From Paraspadella gotoi (Eukaryota; Animalia; Chaetognatha): a stretch of DNA of 64,000 nt. Below the pieces are notes generated by a model. The model ran no database searches. It saw only the letters and a program-made list of their open reading frames with translations, and was not told the DNA's origin. Of this stretch, positions 19,401 through 32,284 are shown piece by piece. The stretch spans positions 1,518,981 to 1,582,980 of the forward strand of contig CM119263.1 of NCBI GenBank assembly GCA_051294375.1, given 5' to 3'. Both the position numbers and the translations under genes were made by a program. Each line of letters begins with the position of its first letter. Position 1 is the stretch's first letter.

Positions 19401-22400
19401 GGAGGTGGGAGAGAGAGAGGGAAGAGTGAGAGGNNNNNNNNNNNNNNNNNNNNNNNNNGGTTCTCATACTTCCGAAACCAGCTCCTTCGTGTCATTTCTA
19501 ACTCTTTTCTCCGTCTCCTTCTTTTCCGACTCCTTTGTCACTTACCTCTCCTTTCTCTTCCGAGTCCCCTTTGTCATCTTCCTCTCTTTCTCCTCCCTCT
19601 CCTCTCTTCTCTTCTCGACTCTTTTTAGTCGCGGCTGAATCTACTTGCTAAACGTCCGTAATCATTGTTGGTCGCTGTTCCCGTTTGGCGGCCCCTGCAT
19701 ACATGTCAATTTAACGCTAAGTTATACACCTACCATTTTGCCATCTCTTCGCCCCGCCATTCGTGTTAATTCTCACGTTACTGAACCATTTTTTTCTCGT
19801 TGCTATATACCATCTGCATCACTGTCCACTGTTTATTCCAAACGATGACATTCTCTACACTTTCATTGCATTAGGGAAGACTATACTCTTAAAGTGAATA
19901 AACGAGACTGCGGAGAGGTGACTCTCGATTGAAAGCTTGCGGGTTCCTGCATGCAATTATACTTGTCAAGAGTGGCCTTAAACCACCCATAGCCTCTCCA
20001 AAGTCAAGGGATCGACAGGCTCACTAAATAGTTAAATGGATAAATATTATATTGGTTGCACCAATTTCATTTACATATTGCCTATTACATCATCGTCTCC
20101 AGCATGAAATTCTCCTCCACTCATAATCAACCAATTGAAAAGACTTCCACAAATTTTTCCACTCTTTACATCTTACCTATTTCTCCGCTTTCTCTCCATC
20201 TCTCTCTCCTCGGACGGCTCTCTTCATCTCTCTCTTCTTCTCCACTTTTCAACTTCCTTCAATCCTTCTCTCTCCTCCTTCTTTCTCTCCTTCTCCATTC
20301 TCTCTCTCTCCTTCTTCATTCGTTTCCCTCGCTCTCCTCGACGCTCCGCCGAAAACGCCGTAGATTTTCGACGACCATCTCGACGGGCTGCTGCTCTGGC
20401 CGCCGCGGCGACGACGCTGGAGGCTGCTGCGGGCTGGTTTAGCCTGCTGCTGATGCTGCCCAATTGGAACACGTTGGTTTCTGTTGGGCGATTGATTGCG
20501 GTTTAAGGGATGACGTCCTGATTGTGAAAACATAAGTATATATAAATAATTCATATAAATCATCAAATTAGAAAATTAATTGAGAGAAATAAAAGAAAAG
20601 TCTACCAGTTTTTAGATTTGCGGCGGTTGTGCGTCTGAGTTTGATTTGAGATCTCGGAATTTACGACAAATCTCTCTCTCCGCGTCGTAATAATCGTGGC
20701 GCTCAACAATTCGCTAATAATTTGAGAAAGTGTAAGTCTTTGTCGTTCGTCGCCTGTATATATACAGTATATAGAGACCGCTATATATACTTGGGAGTAT
20801 ATTTTATTTTATTTTAACCAGTTTTTTGCTTGAGCGTCTGATCCCGCACCCCAGCGAGCGGCACCCCAACCGGAACTCGCAGCCGCGCCTGCAGTCGCAT
20901 CGCCCGCGTACACGCAGTCCCAACGCCCGTTGGCTTGGCGCCCACCGTCCGCGACAAAGGGGGAGGAGAGGAAAATGGAGGAGGTTGGGAGAGAGAGAGG
21001 GAAGAGTGAGAGGAAAGATGGGAGGAGTGAGAGGAAGATGGGGGAGGTGGGAGAGAGAGGGGGAGAGAGGGGAAGGATGGAGAGAAAATGGAGGTTGGGA
21101 GAGAGAGAGGGAAGAGTGAAAGGAAGATGGGAGGAGTGAGAGGAGAGATGGAGGAGGTGGGAGAGAGAGAGGGGAGAGGGGGGGGAGGAGGTGAGAGGAA
21201 GATGGGAGAGGTGGAGAGAGAGAGAGGGAAGAGAGAGAAGAAAGATGGAGGAGTTGAGAGGAAGATGGGAGGAGGTGGGAGAGAGAGGGGGAGGAGTGAG
21301 AGGAAGGAAAGAGGGGAGAAAGAGGAGAGAAATAGAAATGATTAGAAAAAAAAGGAAAACAAAGGAAGAGTATTTCGAAAGGAGGAAGAGAAGATGAGAT
21401 GAGATAAGATGAGAGAAGGAAAAAAGGAAAAAGAAAGGGAGAAAAAAGGAAAAAAAAGGAAAGATGAGGAGAAAAGGAAAAAGAAAGGGAGAAGAAAGGA
21501 AAGATGAGGAGAAAAGGAAAAAGAAAGCGAGAAGAAAGGAAAAAAAGGAAAGATGAGGAGAAAAGGAAAAAGAAAGGGAGAAGAAAGGAAAAAAGGAAAG
21601 ATGAGGAGAAAAGGAAAAAAAAAGGAAGAAAAAAGGGAAGAGGCTTCCTTGAAAAATGAAAAGAGATGAAAGGGCGATCGCCAAGCTGCTTGGTGCTTAC
21701 TCCACGAGTTGTACAGCTCTTGTGTCTTGAAGATTCGAATGTCTTCTGGATCGATGACACGGAGATGAGACATCGGGGCCACGCCCTTCTGCCCGTCGAA
21801 GTTCTCGATCAACCAGAACCCGTGCTCGTAGATTCGGTGGACTCTTGGGGAAGGGAGGGAGGGAGGGAGAGAGAGAGAGAGAAAGAGAGAAATAGAAATA
21901 ACTTTAAATAAAGTGAGAGCAGAGAGTCAAAGACAGTGAGACAGTGAAGTACTGAAGCGGACATACAGTCAGGCCCATCACCCAGCTCCACTTGAATATT
22001 TCTCCCTGTCTCAGGCGAATGTCTCCCCCGAATTGCGGCGTCCAGTCAAACTTGGCTTGACAGGCGCGGATCCGCCAGTCAACCAGGCGAATAGGCTCTT
22101 CTTTATGCTGAAAAGTTAAAAAAAGTCAAAATAAATAATGATATATATTTAATTATGATATTAACTAATGGAGCTTGCATAGTTTTCATCCTCTCTTTGA
22201 ATATGTAAATACATATTTACATATTCCATTATCAAATTATAAAGTCTCTAGAGGGAAAGTGCAATCAACCGAAGGAAAAAAAAAACCTTGTTCTTTTCGG
22301 GTTCAGTTCTTTAGACAGTTTGATGAACAATAACAGTTTTATTTAGAAAAAATACATTAGCGTTTTCCCACGACTAATACAAAGCTTGTTTTATTTACTC

Positions 22401-25400
22401 TGTTGGTATTTCCTCCGTGGTTATAACTTTTTCCAGTTTCAGCTGTAAAAGTAAATAGAATAAAAATTTTATCGACTGAACTTAATCGTATTGGTTAGAT
22501 AAAGATCTATCATTTCACTCTGACCCAAATCACGATCCTCATCCATCCCTCACCCGTTGATGACGATTTACTCACACGCGGGGGGCGTTTCCGCTTGAGG
22601 CGCTGCTTCCAATTTCGGGACGTTCTTCAAGATTTCGCTCCACGTCGTCGATTCCTTGATGGCCGCTATTTTATCGTTTTCGCCGCCGCCTCCGTCGCCG
22701 CCCACTTCGCCGCCCACTTCGCCGCCTCCCATGCTGTTTATATTAACCCCCTGTTTTTCCTTCTTCCCTTCCTCTCCCTTTTCCTTCCCTTCCTCTCTCC
22801 TCTCTTTCCCTTCCTCTCTCTTTTCCTTCCCTTCCTCTCTCCTCTCTTTCCCTTCCTCTCTCTTTTCCTTCCCTTCCTCTCTCCTCTCTTTCCCTTTCTC
22901 CTTCTCCTCCTTCCTTTCTTCTTCCTCCGTCTTTTTCCGCAAAACGTAATAATATTGTTTTCGTTTCCCTTTTGTTTCTTCCGCCTCAGCTGCGGGGACA
23001 GAGTCGGCAGGGGTAACTGCGTCGGCTGCGGCGACTGCGTCGGCTGCGGCGACAGCGTCTGCAGGTCCTGCAGCGGTATCTGACGCGTCGGATCTTTTGC
23101 AGTTGACTGCATCTAACAGCAGCCTCGTCAACCGACGAACTTCTTCGTTGTCCTCATAGTCGCTGACTGGAAAGACAAGTTCTGCATTCAAGTTTTGTTC
23201 GTCGCTTCCTTTGTTAATTTGTTCGTTTGTTCTTTTGTTCGTCTTTTTATCTTCGTCGTGAGTTTGTTTTTATTATCGATCAAAGTCATTTGATTTGTTT
23301 CTTGCTTTCGTTCATCATTTTTTTATTACTTATTATTTAAATAGTTTATTGAAACATTATACCACCACCAGGGGAGCCAGGATCCCATGAGGCTAATAAA
23401 CTAGACTGTGGTAAAGTCTTGACTAAAATCTTTCACGGTCCTGTTATGTTATTATCTTGAAGTCTTAATCAANNNNNNNNNNCCACCACCAGGGGAGCTA
23501 GGAACCCCTGAGGCTAATAAACTAGACTGTGGTAAAGTCTTGACTACAATCTTTCACGGTCCTGTGATGTTATTATCTTCTCAAGAGTGATTGAAGTCTT
23601 AATCAACCAAGAGCGATGTTGTGAAAGTTACGTATAAAATTATAAAAGTCAATTATGAACAACATATCATCAGTGACCATTGTTTAAAAAAAATTAATTT
23701 TACATTTTTTTATTTTCGCAGGAGGCTTAAAATATAGAGTTTTTCTGAAATATTAACTAACTTAATGCAAGGATTTATTTATACTACTTTTCATGACGAA
23801 TCCAAATCTGTAAAAAATCTTACAATAAAAAATTTTAAATTTTGTACCATTTACAAAATCTTTTTGTACATAAAATGTTCATTAGAACATGTTGTTCATT
23901 TTGCCCAGTTTTTAATTAAAGTTAAATTTAGAATTTTTACTAACCATAAAGCACGAGCAAAGATAGGGATAATTTTGATATTCCTGTTCTTGATCAAAGT
24001 CATTGATTCTCACCTGGATGATTAGATTCGTTCACATGTTCCTTTTCCAATTCACCAATTTCTTTTCTTTCCTCTCTTTCCTCTTCTTTTCTTTCCTCCC
24101 TTTTCTTTTCTTTCTTACTCTTTCTTCCAATTCCTTTTAACTTTTCCTTTGCCACTTCGAAGGATCTCCTTTTCTCCTCCTCCACGATCGCGGAACATTG
24201 AATAAAAAATTAAAATGAATCTCAAAACTTACAATAGATTATTTCATTTAATAAACAAAAAGATCATTACAGTCGTCTCTACATATGACTGACTTACTGT
24301 AGATCTGTCTTTCTTTAATCGTAAATCAGAGTTTCAGTTAGTTGACTTATGAGGCTTATTCTCTCTCTCTCTATCTCTCTTTCTCTCTATCTCTCTCTAT
24401 ATATATATATATTTTACTATTTTACTTATTAACTTAATGTTAACTTTAAATTAACATACCATTAATTATTTAACTTATTCTTTAACTAATTATTTAACTT
24501 ATTTAAATTATTTACAATTTACAAATTATTACAAAACCTTAATAAATTTCTCTAAAATTAATAATGCTGTGGTGCCAGGGTTTTAGTCTGTTTAAGATAA
24601 ACATTCAAAATATACCTTTAAAATATAAGATAAGCAACAACGAAGGATCACCATTTGGTGATGGCTCGCCTATACCTGGATATTGGGATTAAAGAGCCGA
24701 AATCCATGAAGGGTATAGGTTCCCAACTGATGACCTTCCCATTGTATAAACATAAAAGATAAAAAATATTCAAAAAAGAAATAATTAAAAAATATGATAA
24801 AGAAAAAATAAAATTTTTATTAAAGTATTTTAAAATTATATTCATGACATAAAGGTGCCCCTATAGACCTTTCTTCAGTATGTATCCCTATCAGAACATA
24901 CAATTCTACATGGTAGTCTTATCCCTATTGGTAAAAAAATTGGTCCCTCAAAAAATTATCCATTCCCACCCCTTTCTGTTCAGCCTCTTAGATATTATGA
25001 TTTTTCATTAATGACTTTCTAACAGAAATGATGTATGATATCTATTAGAAAACTAGGACAGATAGTAATCTAACCTTGTGTTGTATAGATGCTCCCTCTA
25101 TTTCCAGAAGACAACACTGACTTCCCCTTCCCAAATTGAATTATTAGATAAATAAAACATTTTTAAAAAAGAAAGCAATATATAGGTTTGAATAAATAAT
25201 ATAGATTAAATACTAAATTCTTCATAAAAATATTAAAATATTAAAATAGAAAAATAAAAAATAGTGGAACAAGTAATTTACAAATTTTCATATTATTCAT
25301 ATATATATAAACCTTGTCTTCCGCAACGGTTTCGCTGTCACGTGGCGATGGATTTAAAATATATCGTACGAACTCTGTACCCTGTAGGAAGAAATAATGC

Positions 25401-27328
25401 ATTGTGTCCCAGTGTGGGTGACCATTTCAACCGATTTGTGGCCTGTCCAGTGTCCACTCACGATGTCACGCTTTATATTAAACATTCCGTATCCAAGAAA
25501 GAGACACTAAAATCTCTTTTCTTGTCACAATCATTCACCTTCGATCACATCAATCGCCCGATGGGATGTCCTTACCCGACTCAGCGACCTTCTCATCATT
25601 TCTCGCGCCGATGACGTTGACTCACTATTAAAGCTGACTTTCCTATTAGTCGATGACTGCTCCTCCGACCTAGTCTCCTCCACCGCCCTCTTCCTCTCTC
25701 CCTTCTCCCCTTCGCTCCTCTTCCTCCTCCTCCTTTCCTCCGTAATCCATTTCCACTCTCTCCTCGTTTCCTCTTTCCTCTCTCTCTCCTCTCTCTTTAT
25801 CCTCTCTTCCTCCTCTTTGATCATTTCCTCTTTCCTCCATTCCTCTTCTAATTTCTTCGATTTAAACCACAACCACTTTTTTTCTCCGATCGACGAGTCC
25901 CACTCTTTATTATTTCCCGTCGAAACTCCACCTCCGACTCCTAATCCTCGGGCGCGCTTCTCTTTCTTCTTTTTCTGTTTAATCCTGTCCAAACTTTCCT
26001 TGCTCGCGGTGAGGCTGAGCAGTAAGTTTTCACGACTCGGCTTATTCAATTCCGATGAGAGGGTTTCGCCACTAAATAAAAGTGTTGAATTTCTGATCGT
26101 TTTTTTTTCAGAATTAAATATTAATATTTAACCTAAATATATTCTTAAACTAATCCCTAACCCTAATCCTTAATCCTCAACCCTAATTTCTAACCATAAT
26201 CCCCTGACTCTAAACACTAGTTCATAACGTGCCGGTTAAACCACCGGCAATCCTGACGCCGGATCCGAAGTTCCGGAATGCAACTGACGGAAAAAATCTT
26301 TCAGACCCACTTGGCAGTGGGCACACTAAGCGTGGGGGCTATTCATACCCAGAGAGAGGCACGGCGTCCCTCTCTCCTCTCGTTCATTTCAAACTTGTTC
26401 CGAGGATTATGAAAACACGGACTTGTTCTTATTAACAATACATACAATTAAATTCAGAGCTTTGGATGAAACGGTTCTAAACTATTTCCTTCTTGCCTAA
26501 GGCTGTACAAAGACAGAAGGTTATCTCGTTTGATAAATATTCATTTTTAAGTTGGTTGTACTACTAAAAGAAAGATACCAACCTCTTCACGTGATGTAGA
26601 AACTTGTGACTGCTAGTCAAAGGTGATACGGAATCTGATTCGTGGTTAATCTTAGCACGGTGTTTAATAGCGTCGTGATCTTTATCTGACTTGGCGAAAT
26701 GTTCACCATGTCTGTTAGTATGGTTTTCATAATCTGCGGCAGCATGGTGAGCGCGATCTGTGATTGGGTCGTGTTCACGATCCACCTTAGAATGGTGTTT
26801 ATGATCTGCATTGTCGTGGTGTTCATTATTTGCAGTGGCGCGGTGGTCTTGATCTGAGTTGGCGTGGTCAGCTTGCGCCGGAGATTCGTCAATGAAATTG
26901 TCTTTTATTTGCGTCTCAAATCCTTCGCTCGCTTCGAGTCGATCCAAAGTTGATTCAGTATCTTTGTTGTCTATTTCCTCATCAAGTTGACGCTGTAAAG
27001 TAGAGGGAATGTCGGGGGAGACGGCGTCGGTAGCGGCGTCGTCAGCGGTAGCGGCGGCGTCAGCGATAGCGGCGTCGTCGTCAGCGGTAGCGGCGTCGTT
27101 AGGCGTATCGGCTTGTTAGCGGTAGCGGCGTTGTCAGCGGTAGCGGCGTCATTAGCGGTAGCAGCGTTGTCAGCTGTAGCGACGTTGTCAGTGGTAGCGG
27201 CGTCGTTAGCGGTAGCGGCTTGAGACTCATCGGCATCGAGAGTGTCCTCCACGTTAGTTGCCGAGGTCTCCACAACCAAGGAAAATTTGCCGGACGAATC
27301 CATTATCAATTTGAAATCCTTATTCCCG
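9844..27328 (-). CDS. Large multi-exon low-complexity protein with an SH3 domain; 5' end unresolved (~27.3-27.9 kb); many indels; internal part present twice in the assembly
   Basis: Exons include 27328-~26583 (ATA(D/N)xA repeats, His-rich 8-mers), ~26090-25575 (K/E-rich), ~23290-22575, 22107-21992 plus 21843-21701 (SH3), ~12060-11675, ~11400-10821 and terminal exon 10624-9844 (ER-rich then acidic, ...DSDER*). Several junctions are phase-consistent (VKR|NSTLL; IFK|VHRIY). Confidence 0.6.
11411..11620 (+). mobile_element. Dispersed repeat family A copy (also at ~19855-20075 in the duplicate)
   Basis: Shares accacttcattgataggga...gtgaataaacgagactg...gattgaaagcttgc...tgtcattatcttgtaagagt...aaatggataat..ttggttg with copies at 30.8, 43.1, 53.0, 57.3 and 62.2 kb. 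Confidence 0.8.
21701..22107 (-). CDS. SH3 domain exons of the large antisense gene
   Basis: Spliced: RACQAKFDWTPQFGGDIRLRQGEIFK|VHRIYEHGFWLIENFDGQKGVAPMSHLRVI, which fits the SH3 pattern (A.fD...dl.l..Ge.i.v...g(F/W)W...G..G..P..l). A noisier copy lies at ~13270-13755. Confidence 0.8.
26226..26385 (+). repeat. Dispersed repeat family D (inverted homologue at ~40969-41130; duplicate at ~18006-18170)
   Basis: ccggttaaaccaccgg...aactgacggaaaaaatct...gggcacactaagcgtgggggctat...gagaggcacggcgtccctctctcctctcgtt is the reverse complement of a diverged copy at 40969-41130. Confidence 0.75.
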
Positions 27329-28338
27329 CTGTTCAAAATATATCGAACGTTTCAAACATACAAACATTCTCCAGTCTTGATCTGACTAAATTTAATCTCG
27401 GCTTTCTGGCTAAGCATAAGTTTTATCTTCGCGATCCAAACGCTTCTAATCTGTGTTCGTGACTGCCTTTTGTTTTTCGTTCAACATTAACTGACATCTA
27501 TAGAGTTTTTCAGTTTCTTTTGGGATACAAATGAACAAAAGCATGAAACGGTAGAAGACGTAAGCGGAAAGGTACAAAATTACTTCGTACAATTCATAAC
27601 TAAAAATGTTATGAATGTTTTTAGTTGTCAAGAAAAATAATAATTTTATATCAAAGAAATCCTGAGCACATACTACATAGGTATGCACATAACTCGCGAT
27701 GGGATCGAAATTCAAGGAGTATCTATCCACCTGTTTTCGATTTAAAAATTTGTGTTTATCGGAGGCTTAAATTTTCTATGCGGGCAGATGGTTGCCTTGC
27801 AATCATGCGATGAGCTCCAACTCTTCTTCGTCGCGTTGGTTTATGCCTAGAGTTTCCTCATCCGGAAGACAAAAGACTGAAAAAGCGGCATTCGATGCTG
27901 CGGTTCATTGCCCATTTCTGACCTCCGACATAAGTGGAGATATATTATATATATATATAATTATCTATATATATTTTTTTTTATTGAGCAAAGCGATTGT
28001 AAAATCAACAATATACATTTATTAAATAATTATCACGGTTTATTGCGCTACTTCAGTTAAAGTCTACGAACAATTTCCATATATTCAAATAATTTATTAT
28101 TAAACAAGGGTTTATACATATTTCAAAGCCTGAATCTTTCTAAATTTTACCCAAAAAGCAAAAGACAGGCCGTATTTTTAAAACCTCGGGTAAAGAAAGC
28201 GTCTCTAGTAAATTACGACCTGATAAATTGCAATCCAATAAATTACAAATATACCGATCTTTTCTTTCCAAATCACGTGACCGCCCCTTGGCGCCTATCC
28301 ACGATTCACGATCACGATTCACATTCACGATTCACAGT

Positions 28339-30353
28339 TCACAACGTTCGAGGGTCTTTCGGTCGAGGAAAAGCGGAGGGCCTCACACCGGCGCGGTGGG
28401 TCTTCGGGGGCCAAGCGTTGAACCGGAACTCGACGGCGTGTTTGAAGTCTCGACGCATCACTCGCCAGGTTCGCTTCACTACGTAGATCGAGACTCCGAG
28501 CCTGGATGGAAGGGCGAACAAAATTAGTTAAAAATATATACTTTTAAAACATATATATATAGAAACGGAGATATACTTTTAAATGAAAGAGTTTGTAGTG
28601 ACAAAGAAAATTTCACTTTTATTCTAAAAGTCCGTAGCGAAAGAAAATGGATAAATCAATATTCCAATAAATCATTGAACAATCAATAAATTATAAGTAA
28701 TTAATATATAAATTAATTTATTAAAAAATCAATAAATCAATAAGCCAATCAATAAATTATAAAAATATTTAAACTTTTTAGATTAATCAATCAATGTCAT
28801 TAAATTTGAAAAATTAATCAAAATATCGACTTACCAAACAGCAAATAGAAAGAGGGGAATGAGAGACAGGCGAAAACGGTTGTTCCTCCGTCACGGAATT
28901 TGGGATTCAAATGGCCGCTTTGCCATTGTAGAAACAACTGAAGAAATTGGAGAAAAATATGAGTTAAATATCCTTATTTTCATAATCAAAACGGGAAATC
29001 CGAAAAAGTGGACAACGAAAATACAAAATAATAAAAAAAAAGAGAATATTTTCTGTTGGTATTCATTTAAAAAAAAATCATAGAGTTGGTTTTAACTAAT
29101 TTAAACTACGACAAAAGGATTAGGATCCAATCGGTACCCGGAGAAAATTGAGAAATGACACGAAATCTTGATCACTGAGGTCAAAATGACCCAATTACTA
29201 AGCTGAGCCAAAAATAAAATAAGAACGAGAACAATAGAAAAGAGAGAGAAAATAAAAAAACAACGAAAAAACAAGATCTATTCTCGGGATGAATCATTGG
29301 ACGCGGTTCTATTTAATTCATTATCTTTTACGGGAGTCAATTTATCGTTATCTATTAATTAATTTTAAGTTAATTTTTCACTATTTTCACATTTGCTCCG
29401 CCATTTTGCCTCTTCCTCTCATTTGAATCCTTCTTTTCGTTTCCCATTGGATGTCCAAAAATACCTAATTTAGTCGATAGTACCGTTTTCCGTAACGAAT
29501 TTTACTTTTTCAGCTTACTTTGTTTAAAGGAATATCCACCGAGGCTCTCTTTTCCGAGAGTTCCCAACTTCTGTTTGTTTATCCCAGAAGTTAATTTTAA
29601 TCTTAATCTAAAAACCTAAAAACCTCTAACAGTAATCCCTAACCCTAAATTAAAAACGGATGACAGCCCAAGTGTGTTGGACATAAACTTTTTTCAAAAT
29701 GTTTGGAACAGAAACAAAACTTTCTACAATAAAATCCACTCATCAATTGTACGCATTACGCAATTACACGGTTAATGGTTAATGGTTAATACTATTACTA
29801 ATACTATTAATAATAGCAAGATCGAACCGGAGTTGTTTCTTTTGTTCTCTGATTTTGGAGAAGAGATTCGCAAACTCGTAGTCGTCTGCGCAAGGATCAA
29901 CGGTGCAGAGTTGATAGTGGAGGTAAATGTCTTCGTAGTCGTAGAGGGTGACGACGGGACTGCGAATGCCTGGGGATGAGGAGGAGGAGGAGGAGGAGGA
30001 GGAGGAGGAGGAACGAATTTCAACGAATGATGAAATCTTCGTTCAAGTTCCGGAAGACAACTGGGAAACCTGCTCTCATTAAAAAACCTTAACTGAATAA
30101 TGAAATCATACCGGATAGAATAAAAAATAAAATAAATAAAATAAAATAAATAAAATAAATAAAATAAATAAAATAAATAAATGAATAAATGAATAAATGA
30201 ATAAATACTCAATTCTCAAAAATTCTAAATTTATGATTAAAAGGATTGTTTAAATCTGGACGTATAATAATAATAATTATACATATATAATTATAATTTT
30301 TTTTTTTACTGAATCCGCAAATCGGTTCGTCATCGAAATGTCAAATAATCAAT

Positions 30354-30390
<37 letters not shown>

Positions 30391-32284
30391 AATTTCTCTG
30401 GGTTGAAACCGTTGAGTTTGGCGGTGACGTTGACCCTGAGGCATCGACAGTCGCGTTGGAAACAAATGGGAATCACAGTGAAGTCGCATCGAGAATCGCG
30501 GAGGCGACACTTGGTTTCGTCTCGACCCTGAAAACGAGTCACGTGAAAAACCGCGAAAGAAAATTAATCACTTCGTTCTTCTTATTTTGTAACAAGAAAA
30601 ATATTTTTAAAAAAATTCGATTCAAACATTTTTTTTTCGTTACGTATTACGTATTAATGTCTTTCCATGTCACGAACATGAAAAGATTGTTAAACTCACC
30701 GTGTCGTTGACACACTTCTTTTCCCAATCTCCCTCGACGAAGCACTGGGCTGGTTCGAAGTGGTAAGACGCCAGCGCCGGCCTGAAATGTCATACTAATA
30801 ATAAACAATGTACAATAATAATAATAATATACAATAAGGTACGCTGGGAGTGAATAAACTGTGAGAGAGTCTTGATTGAAAGCTTGCAGGGAACTGCTAT
30901 GTCATTATCTTGTAAGAGTGATGGAGGCCTTAAACCACCAAAGCTTGTCCAAAGTCAGGGGCAAGATAGCTTATTTATTAAATGAATGGATAGTTTTTAT
31001 ATTTGTTGTATTAATTTCATACAATCAATTTAAAAAATCATTAATAAAATATACCATTATTTACTTAGAGATGGGACAAAAATAGAAAATGAAAAACCAC
31101 GAGAAAAAACAAACTCGATAGTTTTTTTCTTCGAGTTGGAAAAACATTAATTCTTAAACTAAAAAATGACGATTTATATAATTACTAAGGCGGAACAGGT
31201 TACAAACTAACAGAAATCCGGTATAAATATTGTTAATGTGTTTATTAAAGATCGTAAAAATAAAAAAAATTAAGATTTATCATATAGTTAAACACTATAT
31301 AATGATAAAAAAATCTTTATAATAAATTTTAATTTATTTTAACGGATTCTGATAGAGCTTGAAAAGTTATTACAACTTTTTGAAATTTTAATAATCTATC
31401 TATGAAAATTAACAAAAACTATAAAATTTAATGAATGATGATGATGATGATGATATTTTAAGGTTTTTTACAAATTTTAGGCCATTTATCATTAAAACTT
31501 TTGAAATTTGTAGTAATGAAGAGACAATAATTATTGATAAGTGTTAATGACAGAACCGTTCAATATAAGCAGTCCCTGAGCTTCGGATCAGGCTGTAACA
31601 CCGTGTTACAGGCGGGTTAAGCGCCCCGTCCCTCTTAACTGCCAGACGACCACCGGGCTAGAACCCCGGACCTTTGGGTTGGGAGGCGAATGACTTGCCT
31701 CCGGCACCAATGGCTGCTGATGAACGGTTGTTGGATTTTAGTCCACCATAGTACTAACCTTTTTCTAACTTTTTAATCTTTATCAGAATCCATTTTTAAA
31801 AATAAAAATTTCTTAAAAAAATTTTTAAACATTTCTTATAAATTGTTGAATATTAAAATGCTTCCATGCATGAAAAAATTAATTTAATCAAAATCTAACA
31901 TCATAAGTCAATTTGCTTGTAAAAGGACAAAAGACTTTTTTTATTGCAGACTTTTTAATATTGTAAAAAATGTTAAATTCTTGCCGCATTAATAATTACT
32001 AAATGACATAGTTTAACATAAGAACAACAGACATAAATGATTAAAAGAAAAAAAAAAGGGAAATTTCGGAAAAAACAAAAAAAGCGAGGAACTGGCCTGG
32101 CGTAGCCAATGGCCAACGGGACCATGAGCGTGGTGACGAAGATGCAGCTCAGAGTGAGAGCCAGATAGACTTTGCAATGAGGGAAGTGGACGAAAGGGTG
32201 GAGGTCGTCTTCCTCCAGCACGAGAAAAGCAGCCTCGTCTTCCTCCTCCCCCTCCACGAGATCGAGTTCCGACGCCGCTGCCAT
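28339..32284 (-). CDS. Two-TM ion-channel auxiliary subunit, BK-channel beta (KCNMB/CaKB) / TipE-like; frameshifted in this assembly
   Basis: Exons 32284-32097 (GC donor), 30781-30700, 30527-~30410, ~30069-29828, 28937-28835 and 28501-28339. Reads TM1 VYLALTLSCIFVTTLMVPLAIGYA-RPALASYHFEPAQC...CRCLRVNV...VTLYDYEDIYLHYQLCTVDPC...CFYNGKAAI...TM2 VFACL.IPLFLFAVWLGVSIYVV-KRTWR. The C-L-x-V-x-V, LY...C...PC and C(F/Y) motifs occur in KCNMB order. About three single-base indels must be assumed (~30035, ~28912, ~28865). Confidence 0.7.
30837..31022 (+). mobile_element. Dispersed repeat family A copy (intronic)
   Basis: Near-identical to the 43.1, 53.0 and 57.3 kb copies; explains spurious ORF MKACRELLCHYLVRVMEAL. 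Confidence 0.85.
31517..31750 (-). mobile_element. tRNA-derived SINE-like element, family B
   Basis: Homologous to 40560-40790 (inverted) and 43306-43537; carries Pol III A/B-box-like motifs on the - strand. Confidence 0.75.

Larger units (their letters stand above)
11110..27220. repeat. Apparent ~8-kb direct duplication (~11110-19260 vs ~19480-27220), probably an assembly artefact
   Basis: Copies are colinear and differ mostly by scattered 1-bp indels. They are associated with 25-N gaps (12073-12097, 19434-19458). A third fragment of 12480-12570 appears at ~19335-19433. Confidence 0.85.

Noticed and set aside
23360-23610. Local ~110-bp direct repeat
   Set aside because: The copies flank a 10-N gap and the other assembly copy (~15100-15230) has it once; contig-overlap artefact.
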